From Calditrichia bacterium (GTDB lineage Bacteria; Calditrichota; Calditrichia; JAJRVZ01): DNA of 64,000 bases. The DNA is taken from the NCBI GenBank assembly GCA_963796965.1, contig CAWCNS010000009.1:544001-608000 (forward strand), given 5' to 3'. Position 1 is the first letter of the stretch; each line of letters begins with the position of its first letter. Positions 10,527-21,033 of this stretch are shown piece after piece. Under the pieces are notes generated by a model. The model searched no databases. It had not been told where the DNA came from and saw nothing but the letters and a program-made list of their open reading frames with translations. A program made the position numbers and the translations under genes.

Positions 10527-11402
10527 ATGATAAAAGGTACAAAAAATATCCCTGTCAGTTATCATTTGGTAGTCTTTTTATCATTCTTTTTGATCATGCT
10601 CTACCAAACGATTTTAAGGGCTGAAACTTATTGGATAATAGAGAACCCGTCAGCTCTGGTCATATATAATCAATATGAACAACGGATGGCAGAATCAGAA
10701 AAAACGGCGTTACAAAAGTTTTCAGTATGGAAGATTTTGTCTGAGAACCAGTTTCTTTCTGATCAATTTACCGCTATTACTAAAGTTTCTCTCACAAATA
10801 AAATATTCTATTTTCAACGGTCTGTGAATGGGGAATTGATTAACTACGAGGACGCCGGTCGTATAGAAATATTAAAAAATCCCAAGATTATTGGCGATAC
10901 AATTCGTATAAAGCAAACCAATCAGATATTTCTTGTCAATGCTGAAGAACCAATAGGGCTATCTGAAGGGACACTTTTAAAGCGTCATTTTAAATATCAA
11001 AACCGGTATTATGTTGAAAAGGTGGGCAATAAACAAACCGGCTGGATCACGTTACCCCTTACAAATTTTTGGGAAAAATATCGCCCGGGAAGCATAGAGT
11101 CTCCTCCTGATGAAAAGATTTTAATCCAAATTGAAAATATATTTAAAACTTACAATCAGCGTCTGGGAAAACTTTTTGAATATTTAAACACCAAATATGA
11201 AACCCGCCATCCTTTGCCACAGTGGTCTGGTGAAAGGTTTGCCTCATCTATTCGTTACAAAATTAAACCCAATTCATACCGTAACCGTTTTAATGATACC
11301 CAGTTCCAAATCATTCAGGAACTTCGTGACCAACTACACGGCAGCTCCTTTCAGGTTAAAGAGGATCAGAACCAGATCATTATCAGTAGGGAATCAAATT
11401 AG
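10527..11402 (+). CDS. Hypothetical secreted protein, possible SH3-like segment
   Basis: N-terminal hydrophobic signal; 'EGTLL...YYVEKVGNKQTGWI'; abuts the SBP stop codon. Confidence 0.6.
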   Translation: MIKGTKNIPVSYHLVVFLSFFLIMLYQTILRAETYWIIENPSALVIYNQYEQRMAESEKTALQKFSVWKILSENQFLSDQFTAITKVSLTNKIFYFQRSVNGELINYEDAGRIEILKNPKIIGDTIRIKQTNQIFLVNAEEPIGLSEGTLLKRHFKYQNRYYVEKVGNKQTGWITLPLTNFWEKYRPGSIESPPDEKILIQIENIFKTYNQRLGKLFEYLNTKYETRHPLPQWSGERFASSIRYKIKPNSYRNRFNDTQFQIIQELRDQLHGSSFQVKEDQNQIIISRESN

Positions 11403-11406
11403 CCTT

Positions 11407-12548
11407 ATGGTCACAAAATTTAATGCCCATATCATTAGCATTCTTTTTGTTGCTCTGATATTTTTGATAATTCAATTCTTCCTTTTATCTTCCGATAGCA
11501 GATCATCCTATTATCATATAGATGAAATTGAAAACTATACCCAGCTTGACTTTCTTGACTTGAGCAATCCAAAAGACCAAATTTTGTTGCGAGAATCCCT
11601 CGATTTTTTTGAACCCCACAAGACAATGCAACATGATACACTTCTTTCAGAAATTGAACTTTATCTTAAAGATCGCTTTACACAAACAGCCCGTTCGAGA
11701 GATAATGAAGCAGACATTACCTTAACAAAGCTTTCTGAAATTTTAATGATGATACTCAAATTTTCATTTATCTATGTCCTTGTATTACTTATTACCTATT
11801 ATGGTGTTGAAACATTTGCCACGTACCGGTTTATTCGTTTTCAACAGGGTCGTGGATTTGTGACCAGACTCCTGGTTGCTCTGGACAAAATTCAGCTCTT
11901 CTAAAAATAAGCAAGAGAGGCTGAAATATTTTGGTAATTTTCTCGAAAAATCTGCTAAAGGAATCCTAAAGGGACTTATCTTCCTCACTCTGTTCGCTCC
12001 TGCATATGTTATCGCTTACTCGTTTAAACCAAGTTTTGATACCAGTTCTGTATTGCTGATGGTTCTCCTCGGTGTGATATCAAATGGTTTATTGATTACC
12101 TATACACAAAAGTATTTTACATTTCTGGTGCAAGAGAGTCGTAAAGGATATATACAAACGGCCATAGTAAAAAACTTGAATAAAAGACTATATTTTTAAA
12201 GATAAAAATGGTATAGCACTTTCTTCGATTTTTAAAATAAAAAAGCAATTTCCAGGACATGTTTTTGATCAAATATATGAGAATGTCAGATTTCAATACT
12301 TAAAGACATTAAAAGAACAGGCTTCCTTTCTGATCAGTGGGCTAATTATCATCGAAATGGCATTAAATATCCAGGGCCATCTCTGCTATGAGCTTATGCA
12401 ACATATCTTATACAAAAACTTTTCTCTGGTGTTAATCATTATATTTGGCATATTTTTAATTGTGAAAATAACTGAAATGGTAATTGACTACATCGCCACA
12501 CGACATCAATATAAAATTGATGGTAAGAAAGTGATGGCGAGCCAATGA
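11407..12548 (+). CDS. ABC permease (OppB-like), frameshifted near 11860 and 12190
   Basis: Three consecutive ORF fragments; 'ESRKGYIQTAIVKNL' (EAA-like) and 'SGLIIIEMALNIQG' resemble OppB motifs. Confidence 0.6.
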
Positions 12549-13414
12549 CAGATATTAAAAAAAATATTGCTGTGCTCTACAAAAAGAAGGACTTATTATG
12601 GTTTTTACTTTGGCTTAGCGGTTTGTTCTTAATTTGGTCATGGAATTTGCTCTTTCTAAATACACCAGCCTTCTATCAGCTCATCTCCGGTTTTATTAAC
12701 ACCATCATTGTTTCATTTATGGTAATTATTTTTTCTGCTTTCCTGGGCTGGTCTGCCATATTAATTGATCATTGGCTCACCCAGCATTACCCTAAGGGAC
12801 AGATAATTCTGATTTTCTTTATAAACCTGATTCGATCAATACCTCAGATTGTTGGCATTTTAATGGGTTATGTACTCTTAACTATTCTCATTCAGGATCA
12901 GGTTCTTACGGGTGATGTTCTGATACTGGTGGCTATGGCTTTAATTATTGCTCTATTTGTCTTTCTGGAAGTTTTTGATCTTTTAAAAGAGCGGATTGCT
13001 CATTTCCGGCGTCTGGATTTTTTTAATGCCATGCTGGTATGTGGAATTAAGGAGAGATATATTATAAACCGGGAGATTATTTTACGCAGCAGCCTACTCC
13101 ATGTCGTTAATAAATTAATTGCATTATTCGGAGTAGCAATCTTTTTGTTGTGCAGTGTAGATTTTATTATCTCAGTTGGCCTATCGACTGAAATAAGCGC
13201 TGTTGATTTACCGATTACTTTAGGTAGCCTGCTGGCAAAAATTGATAGTAAGCAAGATATTCTGGCCATAGGGCATTCATTGACGCATTGGGATTATATT
13301 ATTCGTCTGCCTTTTGAACATCTTCAGGGTATTACCGTTGCCTTTCTTATTGTTTTTACCCTGGTCTGTATGTACCAAATCACAAATGGGTACACCCGGA
13401 GGGTCCATCTGTGA
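12545..13414 (+). CDS. ABC permease (OppC-like)
   Basis: Multiple TM helices; EAA-like loop 'FFNAMLVCGIKERYIINREI'; ATGA overlap with the upstream gene. Confidence 0.65.
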   Translation: MTDIKKNIAVLYKKKDLLWFLLWLSGLFLIWSWNLLFLNTPAFYQLISGFINTIIVSFMVIIFSAFLGWSAILIDHWLTQHYPKGQIILIFFINLIRSIPQIVGILMGYVLLTILIQDQVLTGDVLILVAMALIIALFVFLEVFDLLKERIAHFRRLDFFNAMLVCGIKERYIINREIILRSSLLHVVNKLIALFGVAIFLLCSVDFIISVGLSTEISAVDLPITLGSLLAKIDSKQDILAIGHSLTHWDYIIRLPFEHLQGITVAFLIVFTLVCMYQITNGYTRRVHL

Positions 13415-14904
13415 TCTATGATATTAAAATAGCCACCCCAAACCGTATTCTTGTAGATATTAAACAATATGAACTTGAAGAGGATAAAATCACGTTGCTT
13501 TTGGGAGAATCTGGTATTGGAAAAACATTAATATCCCGGGCAATATTCGGCCTATTATCGCCATCGGAACTTGATATTGAAATTAATCAGAAAGGATATT
13601 CTGATTATTTAAAAAGCGAAGAATGCCAAGAGAAAGGGAATAAGGGATTTTTTGTATTTCAAGAGCCATCCTCACATCTGAATCCTATGAGAAATTTGGA
13701 TAAACAAATAAACGAAGGCAGTATTATTGATAGAACTTCTAATAATGATATCCTATCCCAACTATTTCCGACTCTCTCAGATTCAGAAAGAAAAAATTTT
13801 TTATCTGTATTTCCAAAACCCTACCGCCCCAGTGGAGGGGAAAAACAACGCATTTTAATTGCCATGGCTTTCAAAAAAATCGCCTTATTGCAGCAGAAAA
13901 AACAGACAAAGCAAACATTATTTGTCTTTGATGAACCAACAGGAAATCTGGACAATCAATATCGTAATGTCTTTCTAAATATGCTGATAAAGGCGCATCA
14001 AATGATACCATTTACGGCATTATTGATTACCCATGATTATTCAATGATAAGTGAAATTACCAACCGGTATCCTGAAATGAAGCAACAGATTAATTATCGG
14101 GAGCTATCTCTCAGAAAAAATCATTTGGTTCAACAATCCTTCTCTCCGGATTCCTATCTCAAATGGCTGTCAAATATTAAAAGCTCAACAAACAAGATTT
14201 ATCACAGAGAGAAACCCGTCCTGTCACTTTCCGATCACATTCAGGTTTTCAATCGTCATTTAAGGATCACCAGTGATCCCAAAGGCCAAAATCCCGTTTC
14301 ACTAGATATACATTCCGGAGAAGCCGTCTATCTTAAGGCGGCAAGCGGGGTAGGAAAAACCACCATCGCAAAAATAATGATGGGATTACAGCCAGCCAGG
14401 AAGTTTAATCTTCTAATTGGTGATATCAAATTAGATGAGCGGACTGTTTCGGGAAAGTGGCGCAAAAAGATATGGGCAAAAAAAATGGGTATGGTTTTTC
14501 AGCATGCCGATGAAGCCCTGAATTTGAATGGAAAAGTTAAAGACATTTTCAGAGGCTTGCCGCTTAAAAAGCGAACCGATCGTAAATACCTGGTCAAACA
14601 ACTCCAGCTCGTATTTGATGACAAGCCGGACGAGGCTTTTCTCGATCGCCCCGTCGCCTATCTTAGTGGGGGGCAGAAGCAAAGACTTAACCTTATCCGC
14701 GCTCTGATTCTTGAACCCGACGTTTTGATTCTTGATGAACCCTTTAACGGACTTGATTTTTTAAGCCTTCAGCGCATCTTATCCCTCATACAGGATCATC
14801 AAAAAGCGGGAAAATCGTTTCTACTCATTTCGCATAATGAGGAAATCATCGAACGCTTAGTGACGGCAGGACGCGTATATTACCTCAATTGGAAACCTGT
14901 CTAG
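13411..14904 (+). CDS. ABC ATP-binding protein with two ATPase domains (OppD/F fusion-like)
   Basis: GESGIGKT, SGGEKQR and VFDEPT; second domain AASGVGKTT, LSGGQKQR, ILDEPF and SH. Confidence 0.9.
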   Translation: MIYDIKIATPNRILVDIKQYELEEDKITLLLGESGIGKTLISRAIFGLLSPSELDIEINQKGYSDYLKSEECQEKGNKGFFVFQEPSSHLNPMRNLDKQINEGSIIDRTSNNDILSQLFPTLSDSERKNFLSVFPKPYRPSGGEKQRILIAMAFKKIALLQQKKQTKQTLFVFDEPTGNLDNQYRNVFLNMLIKAHQMIPFTALLITHDYSMISEITNRYPEMKQQINYRELSLRKNHLVQQSFSPDSYLKWLSNIKSSTNKIYHREKPVLSLSDHIQVFNRHLRITSDPKGQNPVSLDIHSGEAVYLKAASGVGKTTIAKIMMGLQPARKFNLLIGDIKLDERTVSGKWRKKIWAKKMGMVFQHADEALNLNGKVKDIFRGLPLKKRTDRKYLVKQLQLVFDDKPDEAFLDRPVAYLSGGQKQRLNLIRALILEPDVLILDEPFNGLDFLSLQRILSLIQDHQKAGKSFLLISHNEEIIERLVTAGRVYYLNWKPV

Positions 14905-14957
14905 CAGCCTCTGATTATCATATTTTACTTCTTTTTGACCATTTTGTAGCACATGTC

Positions 14958-17495
14958 TTATTCAGTATTGCAGATCTTATGTTTATCTATGAATTTACCG
15001 TTTTGTGATCTTTCAAATCGTATACAATCCTCCAAATCATCTAAATTGATCTGTAAAACTTCGTTTGTATTCAGTTGGAACGTCCAACGATCCCTCTTAT
15101 CATTTATTCCAATATTAATTTCAAGTTTCCGATCAGATGGCTTGGAAAATCCAATCGTTATATCAGAAAAATTATTATCTTTAACGGCCTCGATTACGGT
15201 GATGATTTGAACAGGTAACTTTCCCCTTCCTTTAATAATTGCTGTTGGGGTTGCGATTCTTTCACCTCCCCGATAAATCCAACCCTGTTCCGGATTCTCC
15301 TGACCCTTAATAAGGTTAACTTCAAGTGGAATTGTGGCTATTGTAGAAAGTCTTATATTTTTACCATCTTTATATTCGGTTTGAATGGCTTGTTTATCTT
15401 TATACACAACGACTTCATCCGCCGTGAAATGAAAAAGAGATTCAAAAGCATGTTCATCCTCTCCAGATAATTCATCTATGATCAGCCAATAGTCATTTTT
15501 TTTATTTACTATATAACGGGAATGGGTGACTGGAATTTTTTCTGGTCCATACCCATTTTTAAAAGTTCCGCTGGCAAAATCAAAATATTCATTGGAAAAC
15601 CATCTTCCTTTTAATGGAGAGTCAACCCGATGGGTAGATTGATCGGGGATTCGCCTTTGACCAAAGCCATCTACTATAATTGTATTATGCGCCTGGGTAC
15701 TTAGAAAATATTCCCGCCATTTATCGGGAATATATAATCCCTTCCCACCATCAGTCAGAAAATCGCGGCCGTAAGCAGAAATACCAATATGTAATTTATC
15801 TTCATGCTGGTGGCTAACCCCGGAAGGACCGGCATCGAAAAATAAATAGCGGGCCTGATCATCCCAACCACTACGCATAACCATATGTCCGCCCCAGGGA
15901 AAAATTACCGAGATCTCTTCGGGTTCCTTACCCTCTTCACCATTTGTCGCAATAAATCGCATATCTTCACGATCGAACAGGTCTGCTCCCTGTTGCATCC
16001 AGCTCCGGATGTCCAGGCGATTTGCATCATTGGTAGGTGGCACTTGCCTGGAAGGTGTGCTCACATACATCAGATATTCGAACATTTTTTCCAGTGTAGA
16101 TTGGAAATTATCCGGCACCGGTGTTCCTGTTTTACGCGCCACTTCGTAAGCCTGGTAAAAACTATGCAGACAGGCAAGATGATAACCGGTTGCTAATTCA
16201 TGCTGCATACCATCCGGATAGACCTGTTTGTCTAATTGGTCAGAAAGTCTCTGCAATCCTGTTTCAGACCAGACAGAGGCTTTCTGAAATTCCGGAAAAC
16301 CCATGCCCAAAATGGCCAAACCATTTGAGCCGATGATCACCCAGTTGTTTACAAAACGCATCCCCGAAGGAAAACGCAGAATATGCTCTCCATGACTCCA
16401 CAAAGATGCTAGCATAAGTTGGATTGCCTGTGTTTGAAAGGAGGGAGAAGATAAAAACCCAAAAAAGGTTGTTGGCCACGTTCCGGACATTCTGACTCCC
16501 GCTTCAAGATTCCGCCAGCTGGGAACCCGTGTCAAACGGAAAGGCGGCGCTGGATTTCTAACCGTCCAATCTACTACCTGGAGATTATATTCTCGGGCAT
16601 AAGCCTCGTTACCGGTTTTTGCATACCCATTGAGTAATGTCACCCAATGCCCCATGCGATTTAAACCCCAAATCCATTCATTCGCTTGTGTTGGATTATT
16701 TCGAAAATCAATCCTCTCGCCAAGATAGATGGTGCTATCATGATAGTTAAATTCATGTCTGAGAACTTTGTCCGCAGCCACATCATTAGACATGATCCTT
16801 TCTGGTATTTTTTGAACCCAGACTGGATTTACTATTCTGCGAAAATACTCTGCTACTTCATGGGCCGCCAAAAGAACTTTTTTCTCCCCATATGCTTTTT
16901 TTGATTTTTCCAGTCCAGGATAATTAAGATCAATCATACCTTCAAAAAAATGTTTTTGAAAATGCTCCTGGTTCTGAACAAACAATGCTGGACTTAAAAC
17001 TGTATGCAAGACTGTTCGATCTAATGATGCAGAAATTTTAATATCATCAAAACTGAGTAATTTCCCATTTAGATCAAACGTGCCTTCAGCCTTTGTTCCA
17101 TACATACCCCTATCCCTAAGAATTATTTCACTACCTTTATTTTTGGTAACAATTATCTGGATCTCCCGAAAAGATTCATACTCTGGTTCATTTTCCAGTT
17201 GCGCCCAACCCCATGTTTTAAGACCATGCTGCCAGGCCTGAAGGCTTTTCTTGTCCGGATTTGATATTCCCACTTTCGTAAGAATTTTATGAATTATATT
17301 CAGATCAATCTCGATCGGTTTTGGTATAGCACCAATCTCTCTCGTTAATTGTGTGGCTCTGTCTCCACTAATTATTCTTTTCCAACCCTTTTCCATCAAA
17401 ACCTCACCAGCCGATAAGATAAAGGGCAATAGTAAAAAGATTAATAGGGATAAAGGGGCTTTGTGCTTTGAATAAGATTTGTAGTTGTTCATCAT
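14958..17495 (-). CDS. Heparinase II/III family polysaccharide lyase, secreted
   Basis: EWIWGLNR, QVYPDGMQHELATGYH, MRSGWD, HQHEDKLH and AHNTIIVDG; signal peptide. Confidence 0.85.
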   Translation of the reverse strand: MMNNYKSYSKHKAPLSLLIFLLLPFILSAGEVLMEKGWKRIISGDRATQLTREIGAIPKPIEIDLNIIHKILTKVGISNPDKKSLQAWQHGLKTWGWAQLENEPEYESFREIQIIVTKNKGSEIILRDRGMYGTKAEGTFDLNGKLLSFDDIKISASLDRTVLHTVLSPALFVQNQEHFQKHFFEGMIDLNYPGLEKSKKAYGEKKVLLAAHEVAEYFRRIVNPVWVQKIPERIMSNDVAADKVLRHEFNYHDSTIYLGERIDFRNNPTQANEWIWGLNRMGHWVTLLNGYAKTGNEAYAREYNLQVVDWTVRNPAPPFRLTRVPSWRNLEAGVRMSGTWPTTFFGFLSSPSFQTQAIQLMLASLWSHGEHILRFPSGMRFVNNWVIIGSNGLAILGMGFPEFQKASVWSETGLQRLSDQLDKQVYPDGMQHELATGYHLACLHSFYQAYEVARKTGTPVPDNFQSTLEKMFEYLMYVSTPSRQVPPTNDANRLDIRSWMQQGADLFDREDMRFIATNGEEGKEPEEISVIFPWGGHMVMRSGWDDQARYLFFDAGPSGVSHQHEDKLHIGISAYGRDFLTDGGKGLYIPDKWREYFLSTQAHNTIIVDGFGQRRIPDQSTHRVDSPLKGRWFSNEYFDFASGTFKNGYGPEKIPVTHSRYIVNKKNDYWLIIDELSGEDEHAFESLFHFTADEVVVYKDKQAIQTEYKDGKNIRLSTIATIPLEVNLIKGQENPEQGWIYRGGERIATPTAIIKGRGKLPVQIITVIEAVKDNNFSDITIGFSKPSDRKLEINIGINDKRDRWTFQLNTNEVLQINLDDLEDCIRFERSQNGKFIDKHKICNTE

Positions 17496-17871
17496 TTTCC
17501 TTTTGATCTTAATAAGGCAGGAAGATATTAATCCAGTCAATTTAAATATCTGATGCCTGATTTATATATGTGCAATAAATTGAGATATGAAATTAACAGC
17601 CTTAGAATATAAATAAAGACCGTAAAAGATAAAAATTATATAAATGTGTTTTATATCCTCCGGCGAAGACTGATAAGGCTACGTCTGACATTAATTAGCT
17701 CAGATTTTTTAGAGATACCATGAATAAAGGTGATAATATTTGACAATACTATTTTTGTCAATTTTGAAACTTCTATGTTTGAATTTAGTTGATAGATAAG
17801 TAATCAAGTGAAAATAATCCTGTCCGTACCCCTAGTTTGAGCAAGAGAATCAATTAAATTTAGAGAACTTT

Positions 17872-19083
17872 ATGTCAATTCGAGAACTTAAAATAAGTAA
17901 AGCAGCAATGTCTTGGTTTGAAAAAGGATTTACCAGTGAGAGCAATTACCTTAAAATAAATTACTATACCCATGCTCTCGAAGAATCACCTAACTATAAA
18001 GAAGCCCTGTATCATCGTGGCCTGGCATACTATGAACTTAATCGGTTTAATGAAGCCGCAGATGATTTTTCCAAAATTATAGAGATCTATCCCCAGGATT
18101 TTTTTGCTTATTATAATCGTGGTATATCATTAAAAATGTTAGAGCGGTTTAATGAAGCGGTTATCGATTTTTCCAGGGCATTGGAGATAGATCCGGAACA
18201 TCTGGATACTTTCTTGTACCGCGGCCTCTCTTATTATGGACTGGAAAAATGTGAAGATGCTATTGCTGATTTCAGCAGAATTATCAATCAAGATGACAGC
18301 TGTGTCACTGCATATATTAATCGGGGCGCCGCTTATGATTCACTCTCAGACTATAAGAAAGCCTTAAGTGATTATCAGAAAGCAATTGAATTAGATGCTA
18401 ATGCCTACCACGTTTTTCATAATCGTGGCATTACTTATTTTAATTTAGGGGAGTATGATAAAGCTATTGGTGATTTGAGTAAAGCTATTTCACTGGACCC
18501 TGAAAATGATATGAGTTATTATTATCGAGGGATTATTTACCAATTACAAAACGAACATCAAGCGGCTCTTGACGACTTATCAATTTCTGTCGAACTTAAC
18601 TCAGGAAATGTAGACGCATTTTACGCCAAAGGGACAATCAACCTGAATATTGAAAATTACATTGATGCCGTGAGTGATTTTACACAAGTAATTTTAAAGA
18701 AAAGTGAAAATGCCTCGGCGTATTGTCAGCGGGGACAATGCTATTACTTCCTCGAAAATTATCATGAGGCGTTACTGGACTTGGATGCAGCTATTGAAAT
18801 GAGTCCCGATTTCCCTGAAGCTTATTATTTCCGCGGAGCGACATTGAAACAATTAGGTCAGGAGCATAATGCGATAAATGATATAAATATGGCCATTGAA
18901 TTAGATCCTCAGTCTAAAACAAGTCCTGACGTAACAGAAATTTTGAATCAAATTTCCACACGGAAAATTGAAAAATTAAGCACGACAGAAATTACCAATA
19001 AAATTATAGATCTTGAATGTGAGGTTAAAAGGCTCAGTCGATTATATGCAGGAATTTTGAGTCGGATTGCCGGAACTTTATAG
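17872..19083 (+). CDS. Tetratricopeptide repeat protein
   Basis: About 10 repeats of 'AY.NRG..Y..L..Y..A..DFS.AIE..P'. Confidence 0.9.
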   Translation: MSIRELKISKAAMSWFEKGFTSESNYLKINYYTHALEESPNYKEALYHRGLAYYELNRFNEAADDFSKIIEIYPQDFFAYYNRGISLKMLERFNEAVIDFSRALEIDPEHLDTFLYRGLSYYGLEKCEDAIADFSRIINQDDSCVTAYINRGAAYDSLSDYKKALSDYQKAIELDANAYHVFHNRGITYFNLGEYDKAIGDLSKAISLDPENDMSYYYRGIIYQLQNEHQAALDDLSISVELNSGNVDAFYAKGTINLNIENYIDAVSDFTQVILKKSENASAYCQRGQCYYFLENYHEALLDLDAAIEMSPDFPEAYYFRGATLKQLGQEHNAINDINMAIELDPQSKTSPDVTEILNQISTRKIEKLSTTEITNKIIDLECEVKRLSRLYAGILSRIAGTL

Positions 19084-19131
19084 ATATATAGAGTGAAACC
19101 AGATGATAAATTCCGTTGGATGAATAGCAAA

Positions 19132-19374
19132 TTACATGATATGAATATTTTTTAAGAATTTCTGCAAATTTGACTCGATAATTGACCATGATATTACCGT
19201 AGGTTTTTCAGTAATATTCAAATCCAGATACTGATCATGAAGATCATAGGTCCCCTCTAATCCCATCCAGGAGAAATGCCCCCTTTTTCCATTTGCTTCA
19301 TCTCTTACTAATGCATTAACAATTGTACTGGCCCTACCCGGATGATCAATTTTAAAATGAAATAATTTAGGCAC
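19132..19374 (-). CDS. Small hypothetical protein
   Basis: 80 aa ORF, GTG start with GAGGGAG RBS. Confidence 0.55.
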   Translation of the reverse strand: MPKLFHFKIDHPGRASTIVNALVRDEANGKRGHFSWMGLEGTYDLHDQYLDLNITEKPTVISWSIIESNLQKFLKNIHIM

Positions 19375-19640
19375 CTTGTACTCCCTCTCAGAATTTATAA
19401 AATATCTTTACTTTCATGATTTCTTACAGAATTAAATCATTTTCAAACTTCTATTTTTAAGAATCGGCCTTATTATTCCCATCTTTACATATATAAAAAA
19501 TCTTTGAGGGTGTACCTATAATTGACTTATAGCTATATTTTCGGTTCACAAGTGTCCGGTTATGATTTAGATATGTATTCCTAAACAACACGATATCAAT
19601 TGATTTTATTACATTCCAAACATGGAAACTTGATTCAAAG

Positions 19641-19765
19641 AACTCTCCCTTGCCGAAGACATCCCTTTTCGGAAAAATCCCTCTCTTACAAAACGAGGGA
19701 CTTTGAGGAGCCCTTCTCGTCATCCTGAACGGAGTCGAAGAGAGAGAAGGAATTTTTAGATGAGA
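19641..19765. repeat. Composite palindromic intergenic repeat
   Basis: TCCCTCTCTT/GAGGGA and CCCTTCTC/GAGAAGG arms interrupted by TGCCGAAGACATCCCTTTTCGGAAA and GTCATCCTGAACGGAGTCGAAG. Confidence 0.5.
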
Positions 19766-20021
19766 ATTTCTATTAAAACATTGATTCTTCTTTTAAACCG
19801 GACACTGATATCGATTAATTAAAGATAATAGTGGTGGGAGAATATCATTGGTATGGTGATACCCGATTACAATCCTGCAGTAAAATCTAAAAAGGATAGT
19901 AATGCATACTATTTGTAAAAGTACAAACAAATTACTTAAGCCAACGAGTCATAATTTTTAAAAAAATACAGAAGAACTACTTCTAGATGGGGGTAGTTAA
20001 GTGAACGATAAATGAATTAAT

Positions 20022-20906
20022 TCAAGTGGTTTTAGACCTTCTTTTTTTCAGGATAATGACATTACCAGTCAGGATAAATGATACACCAATCAAGGAAGCT
20101 ATCGTCCAGGAGTAATCTTCAAAAATTGTGGAAATTATCAAAGCAATAACTGGAATCACTAATGTGACATAGGCCGATTTATCAGGTCCAATATTTCCAA
20201 GCAACGTCAGATAACAACTAAAGGCAATAATCGATCCAAATATAGTCAGATATAAGAGAGATACTATATAGGGAAACGATATATCAAAATTAAATGATTT
20301 CCCTGTAATTAATGATATCACCAACATTATTATTGCCCCATATAGCATGCCATAGGCATTGGACTCTATTACCGGTATTTTTAATTTTTGAATATATCCA
20401 GATGTAATATTGCCAAATGAGGCAAAAATGGCTGAAATTAAGGCAAGAAGAAATGCAAATGAATTGTCACTGGAAATATCAAAATGGAGAATCTCTTGAT
20501 TGAAAACGATCATGATACCAATCATACCAATAACAGCGCCAACCACCACATAGGGACGTATTTTAGCTTTTAGAAAAATAGCAGCATTAACAATATTTAG
20601 AAATATAATGCTGGAGAAAACTACCGCAACTAATCCACTGGGAAGTGTTAATTCAGCCACATATACAAGCCAATAATTAATTCCAAAAAGCAGAAATCCC
20701 AAAAGGGCCATATAGAGATGCTCTTTAAGAGAATATCTCAATTTTCTGGATGCAAGAGAACTAAAGATTAATAAAATAAAAGCAGCAATAAAAAAGCGGT
20801 AGGTGACTGAGACCATTGGATCAACAACACCTAACTGAAATTTAATGGAAATCCAGGTTGAACCCCAGATGAGGGATGATATGATGAAAAAAAGCAGATT
20901 TTTCAG
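20022..20906 (-). CDS. EamA/DMT family transporter
   Basis: The ORF-track product extends upstream in frame through LIWGSTWISIKFQLG to CTG 20906; PSGLVAVVFS and GSIIAFSCYLTL. Confidence 0.85.
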   Translation of the reverse strand: MKNLLFFIISSLIWGSTWISIKFQLGVVDPMVSVTYRFFIAAFILLIFSSLASRKLRYSLKEHLYMALLGFLLFGINYWLVYVAELTLPSGLVAVVFSSIIFLNIVNAAIFLKAKIRPYVVVGAVIGMIGIMIVFNQEILHFDISSDNSFAFLLALISAIFASFGNITSGYIQKLKIPVIESNAYGMLYGAIIMLVISLITGKSFNFDISFPYIVSLLYLTIFGSIIAFSCYLTLLGNIGPDKSAYVTLVIPVIALIISTIFEDYSWTIASLIGVSFILTGNVIILKKRRSKTT

Positions 20907-21033
20907 AATTAACTCTTTCCCGGAATATTAGTTACGATGTTACCAAACAGTATAAAATGGATAATTAATTTACTATTTCTTTTTAAAAGAATCATCAAAT
21001 TTCCTGTCAATCCCATCTTATGTGAGTGGTGAT

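Noticed and set aside
19457..19723. 88-aa ORF on the minus strand
   Set aside because: It begins inside the composite palindromic repeat and has no RBS or recognisable motif
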